Source: Candidatus Latescibacterota bacterium
GTDB lineage: Bacteria; Latescibacterota; UBA2968; GCA-2709665
NCBI GenBank assembly: GCA_965237675.1
Contig: OZ250150.1
Coordinates: 4,160,001-4,224,000 of the forward strand
DNA length: 64,000 nucleotides
Reading direction: 5' to 3'
Positions 50,770 through 60,638 of the stretch are shown here, one piece after another. Position numbers and translations under genes: made by a program. Numbering within the stretch: the stretch's first letter is position 1; each line of letters starts with the position of its first letter. A model generated the notes under the pieces. It had not been told where the DNA came from. It saw only the letters and a list, made by a program, of their open reading frames with translations, and did no database searches.

Positions 50770-53700
50770 GTGAAGATCTCCGAATACGCCATACACAAAC
50801 CCATCACGGCGGTGATGCTAACCGTCAGTGTCGTGGTTCTAGGGGCAATCTCCCTCTTTCGCCTCCCGCTCGAGTATCTACCGGACATCACATTCCCCGT
50901 CATGTACGTCAATGTCGAGTACCCGTCTTCTTCGCCCGAGGAAATAGAGAGAGAGATTGTCAGACCGCTGGAAGAGGTGATGGGTACGCTTTCACACGTG
51001 AAGACCCTGAGTTCACGGTCTTACGCCAATCGGGGCTACGTTCGGCTGGAGTTTGAACTCAATACCGACATGGACCTCATGGCCGTCCACGTGCGGGATC
51101 GTCTCGATCAGGTTCGAAACGACATTCCCGACGACGTCGAGCGCATCACGATACGCCGATGGAACACCGAGGATTTCCCCGTGCTGACCTATGCGCTGAG
51201 TTGGCAGGGGAATGATCCGTCGGAATTTTCAAACGTCTACGAATACACCATTCTTCCACGCGTGCAGAGGCTGGAAGGCGTTGGGAGCGTGCAGGTACGG
51301 GGCCTGCGAGAGAAAGATCTGCTCATTGAAGTCGATCAGAACCTGCTACACACCCATAGACTGGACATACGGGCGCTCAACAGAGCGATCAGCTCTAATA
51401 ACGTCAATATTTCCGCCGGGTACGTCAACGAAGCCGAGAAACGTCTGGCCGTACGCACGATCGGTGAATTCGAGAATATCGACCAGATCCGGCGCCTTCC
51501 CCTGCGCTCCGGCGTCGAAGTGGGTGACGTGGCGGACGTTACCTACGACTTTCCGGAAGAGAAGAACTTCGAACGACTTGACGGCCTGGACGCGGTGACG
51601 ATTGAGATCCGCAAATCCTCCTCGGCCAACCTGGTAGCCACCGCGGATCGCGTCAAGGCCGAATTCGAGCAAATCCAAAGAGAAATCGGCGGTGACAAGC
51701 TTCGAATGCAGGCCATCCGCGACCGATCGTTAGACGTAACCTCGGGCATTCAAAGCCTCACGCAGTCCGCCGTTATTGGCGGACTTCTGGCCATCAGTGT
51801 TATCTTTGTCTTTCTGAGAAACTTTCGCAGCACCCTCATTATCGGATCCGCGATCCCTATTTCAGTCGTCGCCGTCTTTATGGTGATGTACGTGATTCGT
51901 CAGGTGTTTGGCTCCAACATTACCCTCAATCTCATGTCGATGATGGGCCTGATGGTCGCCATCGGAATGCTTGTCGACCCCGCGGTTGTCACGCTGGAGA
52001 ACATCTTTAGAAAACGGTACGATGAGGGCCAGACGCCCTGGAACGCCGCTCTGGATGGAAGCCGGGAAATCGGAATTCCCGTCCTTGCCGCTTCGCTGAC
52101 GACCATTTGTGTCTTTGTGCCCATCATCTTTGTAACCGACTCTCGCAGTGCCCTTTTTATGCGGGACTTCGCCCTCACGGTCTGTATTTCCGTTGGCGCG
52201 TCCTTCTGCGTGGCGCTTTCCCTGATCCCTCTGGCGGCCTCGCGGGCTTTCGACGACAGCCGCTCGCATCTGGACCGCTGGCTCAAAATCGCGCTGGTGC
52301 TCTTGTTCCTGGGTCTGGGCGCTTACAAGGTCTACGGTGACGGTCCGACAGCAATCGCCACATGGATGTGGGAAAGCGCAAAAAGCATGCTGGCCGGTCT
52401 GTCCGGCATACCCGCGGTGGCGTGGCTGTTTCTGGCTCTTCTGGTGACAGGTGTCACGAGCCTGGTTTATTTCGCCCGTATGGCCGGTGGAATCAAAGCC
52501 CTTTATTCACGCCTCGTCGTCACCACGCTTCGCTACAGATTGACCACGGTCGCAACCGCATGCGCGCTGCTGGGCGCGGGAGTCTATTTCTACACTCAGA
52601 TTGAAAAGCAGCCCTATCGCTGGCAACCCACCCGACGGGTTGACATTTCCGTCGAATTGCCGCGAAGCTACGACATCCAGGACGCGCTGGCCCTTTTTGA
52701 ACGGGTCGAGGGCATCCTGCTGCCGAAAAAGGACAACCTGGACATCGCGGCCATGAGCAGCCGGTTCAGCGACCGGAGAAGCAATCGCATCACGCTCTAT
52801 CTTGTTCCGCCCGACGAAGGCCGCCTCTCCACGGACGAGGTCAAAACCAAAGTCAAAGACCTGTTGCCCAATAATATCCCCGGCGTAAGGTTCAAGTCCG
52901 GAAGGAACTGGGGTAGCAGCTCCACCGGAGCCGGCGTTGAAATCAAGGGTCGAAACCCCGACGTACTTGCCATGCTGGCAGAGGACATCCGTCTGCGCCT
53001 GCAGGGTATTCGCGGGGTGCACGAAGTCGAAACCAGCCTGGAATCCGGCAACGAGGAGATTCGGGTAACCATCAACCGACGGCGTGCCAGGCGTTACGGG
53101 CTTACACCCTGGCAAGTTGCCACCACCGTTGCCAGTGCACTGGGAACGCGGGGCAATAGCAAGTTCAAGACCGAGAACGGCGAGATCGACATTGCCGTTC
53201 AGCTCAAGGAAGAGGACCGAGCCACCCTGGAGCAACTCAAAAACACGTACTTTGAGAGCGACGCGGGAAATATGGTCTCGTTTACCAGCCTGGCGGATTT
53301 CCGCGTCCAAAAGGGACCTCAGGCGCTTGAACGCGAGAACCGGATGTCCACCCTGACGGTATTTGCCAATACGGAACAGCAGGCCGTCTTCTCCGTCGGC
53401 CGTGAAATGAGCAGACGCATGCGCGCGATACCGCTTCCCGTGGGGTACTCTTGGCAAATGGACCGGCGCTTTCGCTGGATGAACCAGGAACAGGGAGAAA
53501 CCAACCTCACCATGATTTTCGCGATCCTCCTGGTCTATATGATCATGGCCGCCCTGTTCGAGTCCTACGCACACCCGTTTACAATAATGTTTTCCATCTG
53601 TTTCGCCTTCATCGGCGTTTCGTTCGGTCTATACGCCTTCAACATTCCGATGGATAGCAACGCCACCTATGGACTGCTCATACTCTTCGGCATCGTTGTG

Positions 53701-54036
53701 AACAACGGCATCGTCCTGGTCGATCACATCAACCGTTACCGGAAACAGGGCTTCTACCGTCGAGACGCCATTATCCGGGGCGGCCAGGACCGGCTCCGTC
53801 CCATTCTAATGACCGCGACCACCACCATTCTGGGCCTCACTCCACTGGTTTTGCCAATGATCTACGGCACGGCAGAAGGAACCGCGCGTCGCTGGGGCCC
53901 GATCGGATTTGTGGTTATCGCGGGGCTGATGGTCTCGACCATTCTCACGCTGATCATTCTGCCGACCATATATTCGCTCATAGACGATCTGGCGGCCTAC
54001 TTGAAGCGGACGGTCGCATCAGTGAGAGGCGTGTGA
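50770..54036 (+). CDS. RND family efflux permease (AcrB/SwrC-like)
   Basis: AIHKPIT, GMLVDPAVV..ENI, GIVVNNGIVLVD, RLRPILMT; 1088 aa. Confidence 0.93.
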   Translation: MKISEYAIHKPITAVMLTVSVVVLGAISLFRLPLEYLPDITFPVMYVNVEYPSSSPEEIEREIVRPLEEVMGTLSHVKTLSSRSYANRGYVRLEFELNTDMDLMAVHVRDRLDQVRNDIPDDVERITIRRWNTEDFPVLTYALSWQGNDPSEFSNVYEYTILPRVQRLEGVGSVQVRGLREKDLLIEVDQNLLHTHRLDIRALNRAISSNNVNISAGYVNEAEKRLAVRTIGEFENIDQIRRLPLRSGVEVGDVADVTYDFPEEKNFERLDGLDAVTIEIRKSSSANLVATADRVKAEFEQIQREIGGDKLRMQAIRDRSLDVTSGIQSLTQSAVIGGLLAISVIFVFLRNFRSTLIIGSAIPISVVAVFMVMYVIRQVFGSNITLNLMSMMGLMVAIGMLVDPAVVTLENIFRKRYDEGQTPWNAALDGSREIGIPVLAASLTTICVFVPIIFVTDSRSALFMRDFALTVCISVGASFCVALSLIPLAASRAFDDSRSHLDRWLKIALVLLFLGLGAYKVYGDGPTAIATWMWESAKSMLAGLSGIPAVAWLFLALLVTGVTSLVYFARMAGGIKALYSRLVVTTLRYRLTTVATACALLGAGVYFYTQIEKQPYRWQPTRRVDISVELPRSYDIQDALALFERVEGILLPKKDNLDIAAMSSRFSDRRSNRITLYLVPPDEGRLSTDEVKTKVKDLLPNNIPGVRFKSGRNWGSSSTGAGVEIKGRNPDVLAMLAEDIRLRLQGIRGVHEVETSLESGNEEIRVTINRRRARRYGLTPWQVATTVASALGTRGNSKFKTENGEIDIAVQLKEEDRATLEQLKNTYFESDAGNMVSFTSLADFRVQKGPQALERENRMSTLTVFANTEQQAVFSVGREMSRRMRAIPLPVGYSWQMDRRFRWMNQEQGETNLTMIFAILLVYMIMAALFESYAHPFTIMFSICFAFIGVSFGLYAFNIPMDSNATYGLLILFGIVVNNGIVLVDHINRYRKQGFYRRDAIIRGGQDRLRPILMTATTTILGLTPLVLPMIYGTAEGTARRWGPIGFVVIAGLMVSTILTLIILPTIYSLIDDLAAYLKRTVASVRGV

Positions 54037-54707
54037 AACAAACTGCCGTTGTCCTGCTCAGCGGCGGATTGGACAGCTGCGTTACCGCGGCTGTGGCCGG
54101 CCGAAATTACGACCTCTCGTTTTCTTACCTCGACTACGGCCACCGCACAAACACCAGGGAACGCCGGGCGTTCAACGATATTGCCGACTATTACCAGGTC
54201 ACCGCCCACCGGCGCATGACCGCCCGATCGGACGCACTCGAACAAATCGGCGGCTCTGCGCTGACGGACCGCACCGTTCCCGTTCCGGACGCCGACATCG
54301 ACCGGAACGACATCCCCGCCACATACGTGCCCTTTCGAAACGCCCATCTTCTCAGCATGGGCGTTTCCTGGGCCGAATCCATTGGCGCGACGAGCGTTTA
54401 TCTGGGTGCCGTGGAAGAAGACAGTTCCGGATATCCCGACTGTACACGGGCGTTTTGCAACGCGTTCGCCCGGGCGGTCGATGCCGGCACGCGACCGGAA
54501 TCCCACATCAGAATCCTCACTCCGGTCATCCACCTGAAAAAGCACCAGATCGTCCGCCTGGGTGCGGAACTGGGCGCCCCGCTTCATCTCACCTGGTCGT
54601 GCTACCGAAACAGCGACCGCGCCTGCGGTCGCTGCGATAGCTGCATCCTGCGTCTGAGTGCGTTCGAAACAGCCGGTATCCCGGATCCCATCCCCTACGA
54701 ATCCTGA
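54033..54707 (+). CDS. queC: 7-cyano-7-deazaguanine synthase
   Basis: SGGLDS, TYVPFRN, GYPDC, TWSCY-x-CGRCDSC. Confidence 0.95.
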   Translation: MKQTAVVLLSGGLDSCVTAAVAGRNYDLSFSYLDYGHRTNTRERRAFNDIADYYQVTAHRRMTARSDALEQIGGSALTDRTVPVPDADIDRNDIPATYVPFRNAHLLSMGVSWAESIGATSVYLGAVEEDSSGYPDCTRAFCNAFARAVDAGTRPESHIRILTPVIHLKKHQIVRLGAELGAPLHLTWSCYRNSDRACGRCDSCILRLSAFETAGIPDPIPYES

Positions 54708-54736
54708 GAACGTCGGCCGTCCAAAACGGTTATTTG

Positions 54737-55886
54737 TTACTGACCGGGATCAATCTCCTTCAAGAACCGCTTCTCGCCGTTCCTGATGGTTATGATTACC
54801 GCACTTTTGGTTGGATGGCGGCTTTCATTGTAGTGTGCGATACGCGTTGCGCCCGCGTAGTTTCGTGTTGCCGCCAACTGCTCTCGTATTGCATCGGCAT
54901 CGAATCTTCCCGCCCGGTCTACGACCTCCAGGAGCAGCCTGACCGCATCGTAACTCACCGCGTCTCCACCCCCGGGCACGGCGCCGTATGCGGCTTCGTA
55001 GGCATCAATGAACGCGCGTGCGCCCGGTTCATCGCGTGTGGGATGAAAAGTGACTCGTGAAGTAGCTGCCTTCCACCTCGAGGGTCGCACTTTCTAATAG
55101 AGCTTGATTGTCCCACGCGTCGGCCCCAAGAAATAACGCTGGTTCTCCGGATGCGTTCTGAAGCGGGAGGGCCCTCGATTGTCTGGCCACAAGGGCCACG
55201 TCCTGCGCGAGCCCGGAGATAAGGAACGCTTCGGGTCTGGCGGCGGCGATGCGGGCGAGTTGTTCCTCGAACACCGTATCGCCGCTTTCGTAGAACTCAT
55301 CCGCGACGACCGTACCGCCGATTTCCGTGAAGCGGGAAACGAAGAATTCCGAAATGCCCTCGGTATAAACGTCGTCCTTCAGGGTCAGGATCGCGACCGA
55401 GGTCACACCGAGATCCTCCCTGGCAAAACGGGCAAGGACGAGCCCCTGGAACCGATCTGTAAATGCCGCCATAAACACGAAATCGCCGGCTTTTGTCACG
55501 TCGGGGTTGGTGGCGGCCGTCGTGATCATCGGCAGGCGCTCGCGTTGCGCGACGGCACCCACCTCCACCGCATGGGTCGAGCGATTGGGACCGATGAACG
55601 CGATGACGTCGTGCGTGCGAATCATCCATTCGGCCGCCTCGACGGCCACGGCCGCGTCCTCGATGTCAGTCCGGACAACCAATTCAATCGATCGACCGAG
55701 CAACCCGCCGCCGCGGTTGAATTCGTCGATGGCGACCGTGGCCGCATCCGCATAGGAAGCACGGTCTCCTGAAGCGAGAAACCCGATCCTGACGGAATCC
55801 TGCGGCGCCGGCTCCTGTGTCTTGTTACAGCCCAGCCCAAGAACCAGCGATAACAGGCAGGCGACACACTTAAATCTGAATGTCAT
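54737..55886 (-). pseudogene. Branched-chain amino acid ABC substrate-binding lipoprotein (LivJ-like) with a one-base frameshift
   Basis: Lipobox LGLGC, NRGGGLLGR, IGPNRS. The frame breaks after GSYFTSHF near 55030-55050 and resumes as DEPGARAFIDAY...YDAV in track ORF 54737..55090. Confidence 0.85.
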
Positions 55887-56164
55887 ATCTTGTCCGATCG
55901 CCTTGAACGGACGGGCAACGGAGAGTATCAAAAAAAACCTTCCCGTTCATTGACAACTCAGAAGGCGCATAAACATGAACAACACCCCTTCCCGAACGTT
56001 AAGGATGCGGACCGGCAGGACTGTCGTTCCATCATGTTTGATGATATCAATAGAACCGCGAAAAGCCCCTTCTCCGCCGACTGTGCGGAAACCCACGCAG
56101 TCCGGCAACAATTCAACCTCGATACCCGGTTACGGAAGATCCTGTCAACGTGGACGCGCCCGCA

Positions 56165-57532
56165 CTAACTCGCCCCTGCAAGCGCTTCATCCATCATCGA
56201 CCGTCTTTCATTCAGATCCATCCAGCGCTTTTGAATATCTGGCGACAGGCAGTCGATGGGATCGAAATAGAAGAAATGCACTCCCGGTCGTACAGTGGGG
56301 CTGGCAAAAACCGCAATGCCCGTTTCTTCGTTGTAATATTCGTAGGAATGCCCGTCTCGCTTTCCACCGCCGCCCAGTGTGTCCACAATGAAGGTTGGCG
56401 TGTTGAATCCGGCCGTCGCGCCACGCAGGGCCTTCTCAATGTCAAGACCGGCGTGCAGCGTTGTCCGCAGATCCTCGACCCCCTGCACCAGATCGTGGAA
56501 AAATACATAATAGGGCTGTACATTCAGGTAACTCAACCGCTTTACCAGCTGCTTCATTGTCTGCGCATCATCGTTGACGCCCCGTTGAAGCACCGCCTGA
56601 TTTCGTACCGTTACCCCCCGCTCCATCAGCAGGTTCATCGCATCCTGCGTGACTCCGGTTATCTCATTAGGGTGGTTGAAGTGGGTATGCATCACCACTT
56701 CCTTGTGCATTTTGCGCCCGCGGTCCACCACTCCTACGAGCGCTTCCACCCAATCGACGTCGCTCAAGAGCTTGCCGGGCATGACCGCAGGACCCTTGGT
56801 TGCAAAACGAAACCGCCGAATATGCGGTATGTCCAGCAGCGTCTCGCCCACGTCCCGAATCTGCTCTGCCCTGAGGTTGTATACGTCGCCGCCGCTGACA
56901 ACCACATCCTCCACCTCCGGACGCGACCTCAAGTAGTCGAACACCTGATTCCAGCGTCGCCTATTGGCGCTCAGATGGACCTTTTCCACGCCATCCGTAT
57001 CGAGCCCCACGGCGTAGCTGCGCGTGCAGAAACGGCAGTAGACCGGACAGGTATCCAGCGTTAGAAAAAGCGCCCTGTCGGGATATCGGTGGGTAAGACC
57101 CGGAATGGGAGAATCGCCCTGCTCGTTCAGCGAATCCAGGTAAAGTTCGGGGTGGTCCGGCAACTGTTGCGAGGCCAACGGCAAAAACTGGGTTCGCAAC
57201 GGATCCTCGTACGGATCATCCCAGTTGATCAGGCTCAGGATATAAGGTGAAATCCGTATACTCATCGGCGCCCACCGTAACCCGTCGCGCAGGTCTTCGT
57301 AAAAGCCGGGCCCGACGCGTCCGCCCAGGACTTCCTGCAGGCTTTCCACGCTTGTGGGTGAATTGCGGGCCTGAAAAAGGTGGGAGTGAAACGTCTCTGC
57401 GTCCACATTCGCGTATGCCGGAATCGTCTTCCAGAACGCGTCCCTGCGTAGCTGGCGATGTGCAAGCGCGGCTTCCTGTTCCGCCACACCTGCCGTAGCG
57501 CCATTGGCGACATCAACCTCTGCGGTCTCCAT
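56165..57532 (-). CDS. KamA family radical SAM/PLP aminomutase (lysine 2,3-aminomutase-like)
   Basis: THRYPDR, CPVYCRFCTR, VVSGGD, HFNHPNE, NQAVLQRGVND, GGGGK (PLP lysine). Confidence 0.92.
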   Translation of the reverse strand: METAEVDVANGATAGVAEQEAALAHRQLRRDAFWKTIPAYANVDAETFHSHLFQARNSPTSVESLQEVLGGRVGPGFYEDLRDGLRWAPMSIRISPYILSLINWDDPYEDPLRTQFLPLASQQLPDHPELYLDSLNEQGDSPIPGLTHRYPDRALFLTLDTCPVYCRFCTRSYAVGLDTDGVEKVHLSANRRRWNQVFDYLRSRPEVEDVVVSGGDVYNLRAEQIRDVGETLLDIPHIRRFRFATKGPAVMPGKLLSDVDWVEALVGVVDRGRKMHKEVVMHTHFNHPNEITGVTQDAMNLLMERGVTVRNQAVLQRGVNDDAQTMKQLVKRLSYLNVQPYYVFFHDLVQGVEDLRTTLHAGLDIEKALRGATAGFNTPTFIVDTLGGGGKRDGHSYEYYNEETGIAVFASPTVRPGVHFFYFDPIDCLSPDIQKRWMDLNERRSMMDEALAGAS

Positions 57533-57569
57533 ACCTGACTCTATTCCTCTTCCGTAGGATGTCGAATTG

Positions 57570-57614
57570 TCACTTGGGGCTGCGCGGTATGTCTTTTTTA
57601 GGCGGATATTTCAT
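57570..57614 (-). CDS. Candidate leader peptide MKYPPKKDIPRSPK
   Basis: ATG to TGA in the predicted leader, ending 37 nt upstream of the kamA-like start; weak RBS. Confidence 0.3.
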   Translation of the reverse strand: MKYPPKKDIPRSPK

Positions 57615-57725
57615 CACGTCGCCTGTCTTCGTCGAATCAAACGGATGCACATTGCGGCGATGCCGTCCGTTGCGTGTCGCTCCGCGAAGGATTCTCTACG
57701 CGTCGAGAACCACTCGAAACAACAT

Positions 57726-57753
57726 ATGATATCATCCTTGCGATTATTGTCAA
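57726..57753 (-). promoter_or_regulatory. Putative sigma70 promoter for the kamA-like gene
   Basis: Minus strand TTGACA-N16-TATCAT. Confidence 0.55.
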
Positions 57754-57871
57754 GGGTTTTCCGGCGTCGGCTCCCGGTTCCCGAAAAATCCGCTTGTTCA
57801 GACTTTTTATCCTGCTTATATTTCACAAGTTAGAGAAAGTTCCCTCCTTTACGAAGATCCAACCACAAACC

Positions 57872-60634
57872 ATGTCAAAACGAGCCCTCAAGTTTCTTCT
57901 TCCCCTGGCCGGATTGCTTCTGGGATACACAGGCCTTCGCCTGATTGTCTACTTCTATACCGACTGGCTCTGGTTCCAGAACCTCGGATACGGATCCGTC
58001 CTGGTGACCACCGCCATGGCCCGCCTTCTCGCCCTTTTCGCCTTTGGAACCACCTTTGCCGTCATGGCGGCCGTCAACATCGGTATTGCACGCAAGTATG
58101 GCCGGCACACCCGAGAGACGCCTCTTGAAGTCATTGCAGACGAAGCCGAACCGGTGCTGCCGGAACGACGCAAGCGCCAGTTCCTCCTCTGGTCCGGCAC
58201 AATCGCCCTGTTGGCCGGCGTAACCGGCTTGATCGGCGCCGCGGCCTGGATACCGCTGCTGCGCTACTTCTATCCCATTCCTTTCGGTTTCACCGACCCT
58301 GTATTTCACAACGATCTCAGCTTTTACTTCTTCAACCTGCCGGCGTACAACTTTGTACAGGGCTGGCTGGCATTCGCCGTTATCCTTAACATCACCCTTG
58401 TCATCTTCTCCTATCACCAGGACCGCGCCCTGCGGAAAGCAAAACGAGGCTGGTCCTGTGCCCCGTATGTCCGTGCCCACCTCTCCGCCCTGACGGCGGT
58501 TCTTGCACTCGTCTGCGCCTGGTGGTACTGGCTCAAGGAATACGAAATCCTCTATTCCTATCGCAAAGACACCTTCTTCGGCGCCGGATATACAGACGTC
58601 CATGTTCAGGTGTTCGTCTACCGGTCGATGATGGTTCTCTCCATCCTTCTCGGCGCTCTGCTGATATACAACCTTCGCGATAAAAAGTGGTGGCCGATCG
58701 TCTACGGCGGCAGCGCCTATTTCTCGGCAATTCTGATGCTCAGCTGGCTATTTCCAATTCTCTTTGAGCAATTCGTGGTCAAACCCGACGAATTGCGACT
58801 GGAGGAACCCTATATTCGCCGGACCATTGAATACACGCAGAGAGCGTACGGGCTGGATCGAATCGAAGAGGTGCCGTTTCCGGCGGAATCCGATCTGGAT
58901 TTCGACGATATTCGAAACAATCTGCCCACAATCCGCAGCATCCCCCTATGGGACCGCCGGCCCCTGCTTGCAACCTACAGCCAGCTACAGGAGATTCGGT
59001 CCTATTATCGTTTCGGCAGTATCGACGTGGACCGCTATTCCATCAACGGCGAATACAAGCAAGTGATGGTCGCCGCCCGCGAATTCTCGCGAGACCAGAT
59101 GCCAATACAGGGGAAAACCTGGGTCAACCGCCACCTGGTCTACACTCACGGTTACGGATTCTGCATGAGCCCGGCGAATGAAATTAGCGAAGAGGGCCTG
59201 CCGAAATTCTATGTCAAGGACATTCCGCCCAGCGGCGTGGTGGACATCCAGGTCGATCGCCCGGAGATCTACTATGGCGAAGCGATGCAGGATTATGTGA
59301 TTGTCAATACCAGAACAGAAGAGTTCGATTACCCCCGCGGCGACGAAAACGCCTACACCACCTACGGCGGTGCCGGCGGCGTACCGGTCAATTCATTCTT
59401 TCGCCGGCTGTTGTTCGCCATGCGCTTCGGCGATCCGTATCTGCTGGTCACGAAGAACCTGAAGCCCGGAAGTCGAATACAATTCGACCGGCACATCGGT
59501 CGTCGTTTTCGGGACGAAGGCCCCCGGCGTTTCCAAAAACTGGCGCCATATCTCCGATTCGACGAAGACCCCTATCTCGTCACCGTGAACGGACGTCTTG
59601 TCTGGATACAGGACGCGTATACCGAAAGCAACATGTACCCCTACGCCGAGCCTTACGGCAGGCCCTACGTACGCAAAGCCAACTACATCCGCAACGCCGT
59701 CAAGGCCACCCTCGATGCCTATGACGGCACCGTCACGTTTTACGTCTGGGATACGGACGATCCGCTCATCCGCTCCTACATGGAAATCTTCCCGGATCTC
59801 TTTCGGCCCAAGGAGGACATGCCGGAAGCCCTCCGCGCCCACGTTCGATACCCTGCAGACCTGTTTAAAATTCAGGCGTCTCTGTACAACACCTACCATA
59901 TGGCCTCGCCTCAAGTTTTTTACAACCGTGAAGACGTCTGGGAACCGGCCATGGAAATCTACGGGGTCTCCGAACGCCCGCGGGTCATGGCCCCCTATTA
60001 CATCATCGTCAAATTGCCGGACGCCCAGCAAGAGGAATTCGTTTTGATGCTGCCGGCCACCCCCGCCGGCAAAGCCAACATGATCGCGTGGCTTCTCGCA
60101 AGATGCGACGGCCCGAACTATGGCCGGCTTATGGTGTACAAGCTACCCAAGAAGAAACTCATTTACGGTCCCCTGCTGATCGAACGCCGTATCGACCAGG
60201 ATACGGAAGTCTCACGGGAAATTACCCTCTGGAGTCAGCGAGGTTCGGACGTGCTCCGGGGAAACCTTCTGGTGATTCCCATCGAAAAAGGTTTTATCTA
60301 CGTTGAACCGCTTTACCTGCGAGCCACCCAGAGCGGTATGCCGGAACTGAAGCGGGTATTGGTGGCGCACGGCGAACGACTCGCTATGGCCAAAAACCTC
60401 GACCGGGCGCTGGCCATGGTCTTCAACGAGCGGGGAGCCGTCCCGGACCTCGAACCCCGCCATACCCTGACAACACCGGGTTTACGAATTCTGAGCCAAA
60501 CCGCACTGACGCAGTTTGACTCGGCACAGTCCCGACTTCGAAAGGGCGACTTCACGGGTTACGGCGAAGCCGTTCAAAGCCTGCGGAAGACCCTTCAGCA
60601 ACTGCTGTCACAGGCGGAATCAGAGGAAAAGTAA
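57872..60634 (+). CDS. UPF0182 family membrane protein
   Basis: YTDWLWF, FGFTDPVF..DLSFYFFNLP, GAGYTDVH, HLVYTHGYG, IYYGE, NYIRNAVKA, GNLLVIP, YVEPLY. Confidence 0.93.
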   Translation: MSKRALKFLLPLAGLLLGYTGLRLIVYFYTDWLWFQNLGYGSVLVTTAMARLLALFAFGTTFAVMAAVNIGIARKYGRHTRETPLEVIADEAEPVLPERRKRQFLLWSGTIALLAGVTGLIGAAAWIPLLRYFYPIPFGFTDPVFHNDLSFYFFNLPAYNFVQGWLAFAVILNITLVIFSYHQDRALRKAKRGWSCAPYVRAHLSALTAVLALVCAWWYWLKEYEILYSYRKDTFFGAGYTDVHVQVFVYRSMMVLSILLGALLIYNLRDKKWWPIVYGGSAYFSAILMLSWLFPILFEQFVVKPDELRLEEPYIRRTIEYTQRAYGLDRIEEVPFPAESDLDFDDIRNNLPTIRSIPLWDRRPLLATYSQLQEIRSYYRFGSIDVDRYSINGEYKQVMVAAREFSRDQMPIQGKTWVNRHLVYTHGYGFCMSPANEISEEGLPKFYVKDIPPSGVVDIQVDRPEIYYGEAMQDYVIVNTRTEEFDYPRGDENAYTTYGGAGGVPVNSFFRRLLFAMRFGDPYLLVTKNLKPGSRIQFDRHIGRRFRDEGPRRFQKLAPYLRFDEDPYLVTVNGRLVWIQDAYTESNMYPYAEPYGRPYVRKANYIRNAVKATLDAYDGTVTFYVWDTDDPLIRSYMEIFPDLFRPKEDMPEALRAHVRYPADLFKIQASLYNTYHMASPQVFYNREDVWEPAMEIYGVSERPRVMAPYYIIVKLPDAQQEEFVLMLPATPAGKANMIAWLLARCDGPNYGRLMVYKLPKKKLIYGPLLIERRIDQDTEVSREITLWSQRGSDVLRGNLLVIPIEKGFIYVEPLYLRATQSGMPELKRVLVAHGERLAMAKNLDRALAMVFNERGAVPDLEPRHTLTTPGLRILSQTALTQFDSAQSRLRKGDFTGYGEAVQSLRKTLQQLLSQAESEEK

Positions 60635-60638
60635 AAGG

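Noticed and set aside
54033-54707. QueC as a QatC-type defence or DNA-modification gene
   Set aside because: Canonical length and motifs; no qat or dpd partners nearby.
56165-57532. KamA-like gene as PylB explaining the amber codon
   Set aside because: It has KamA PLP motifs, whereas PylB is a different, PLP-independent radical SAM family; no pylS, pylC, pylD or pylT in the window.
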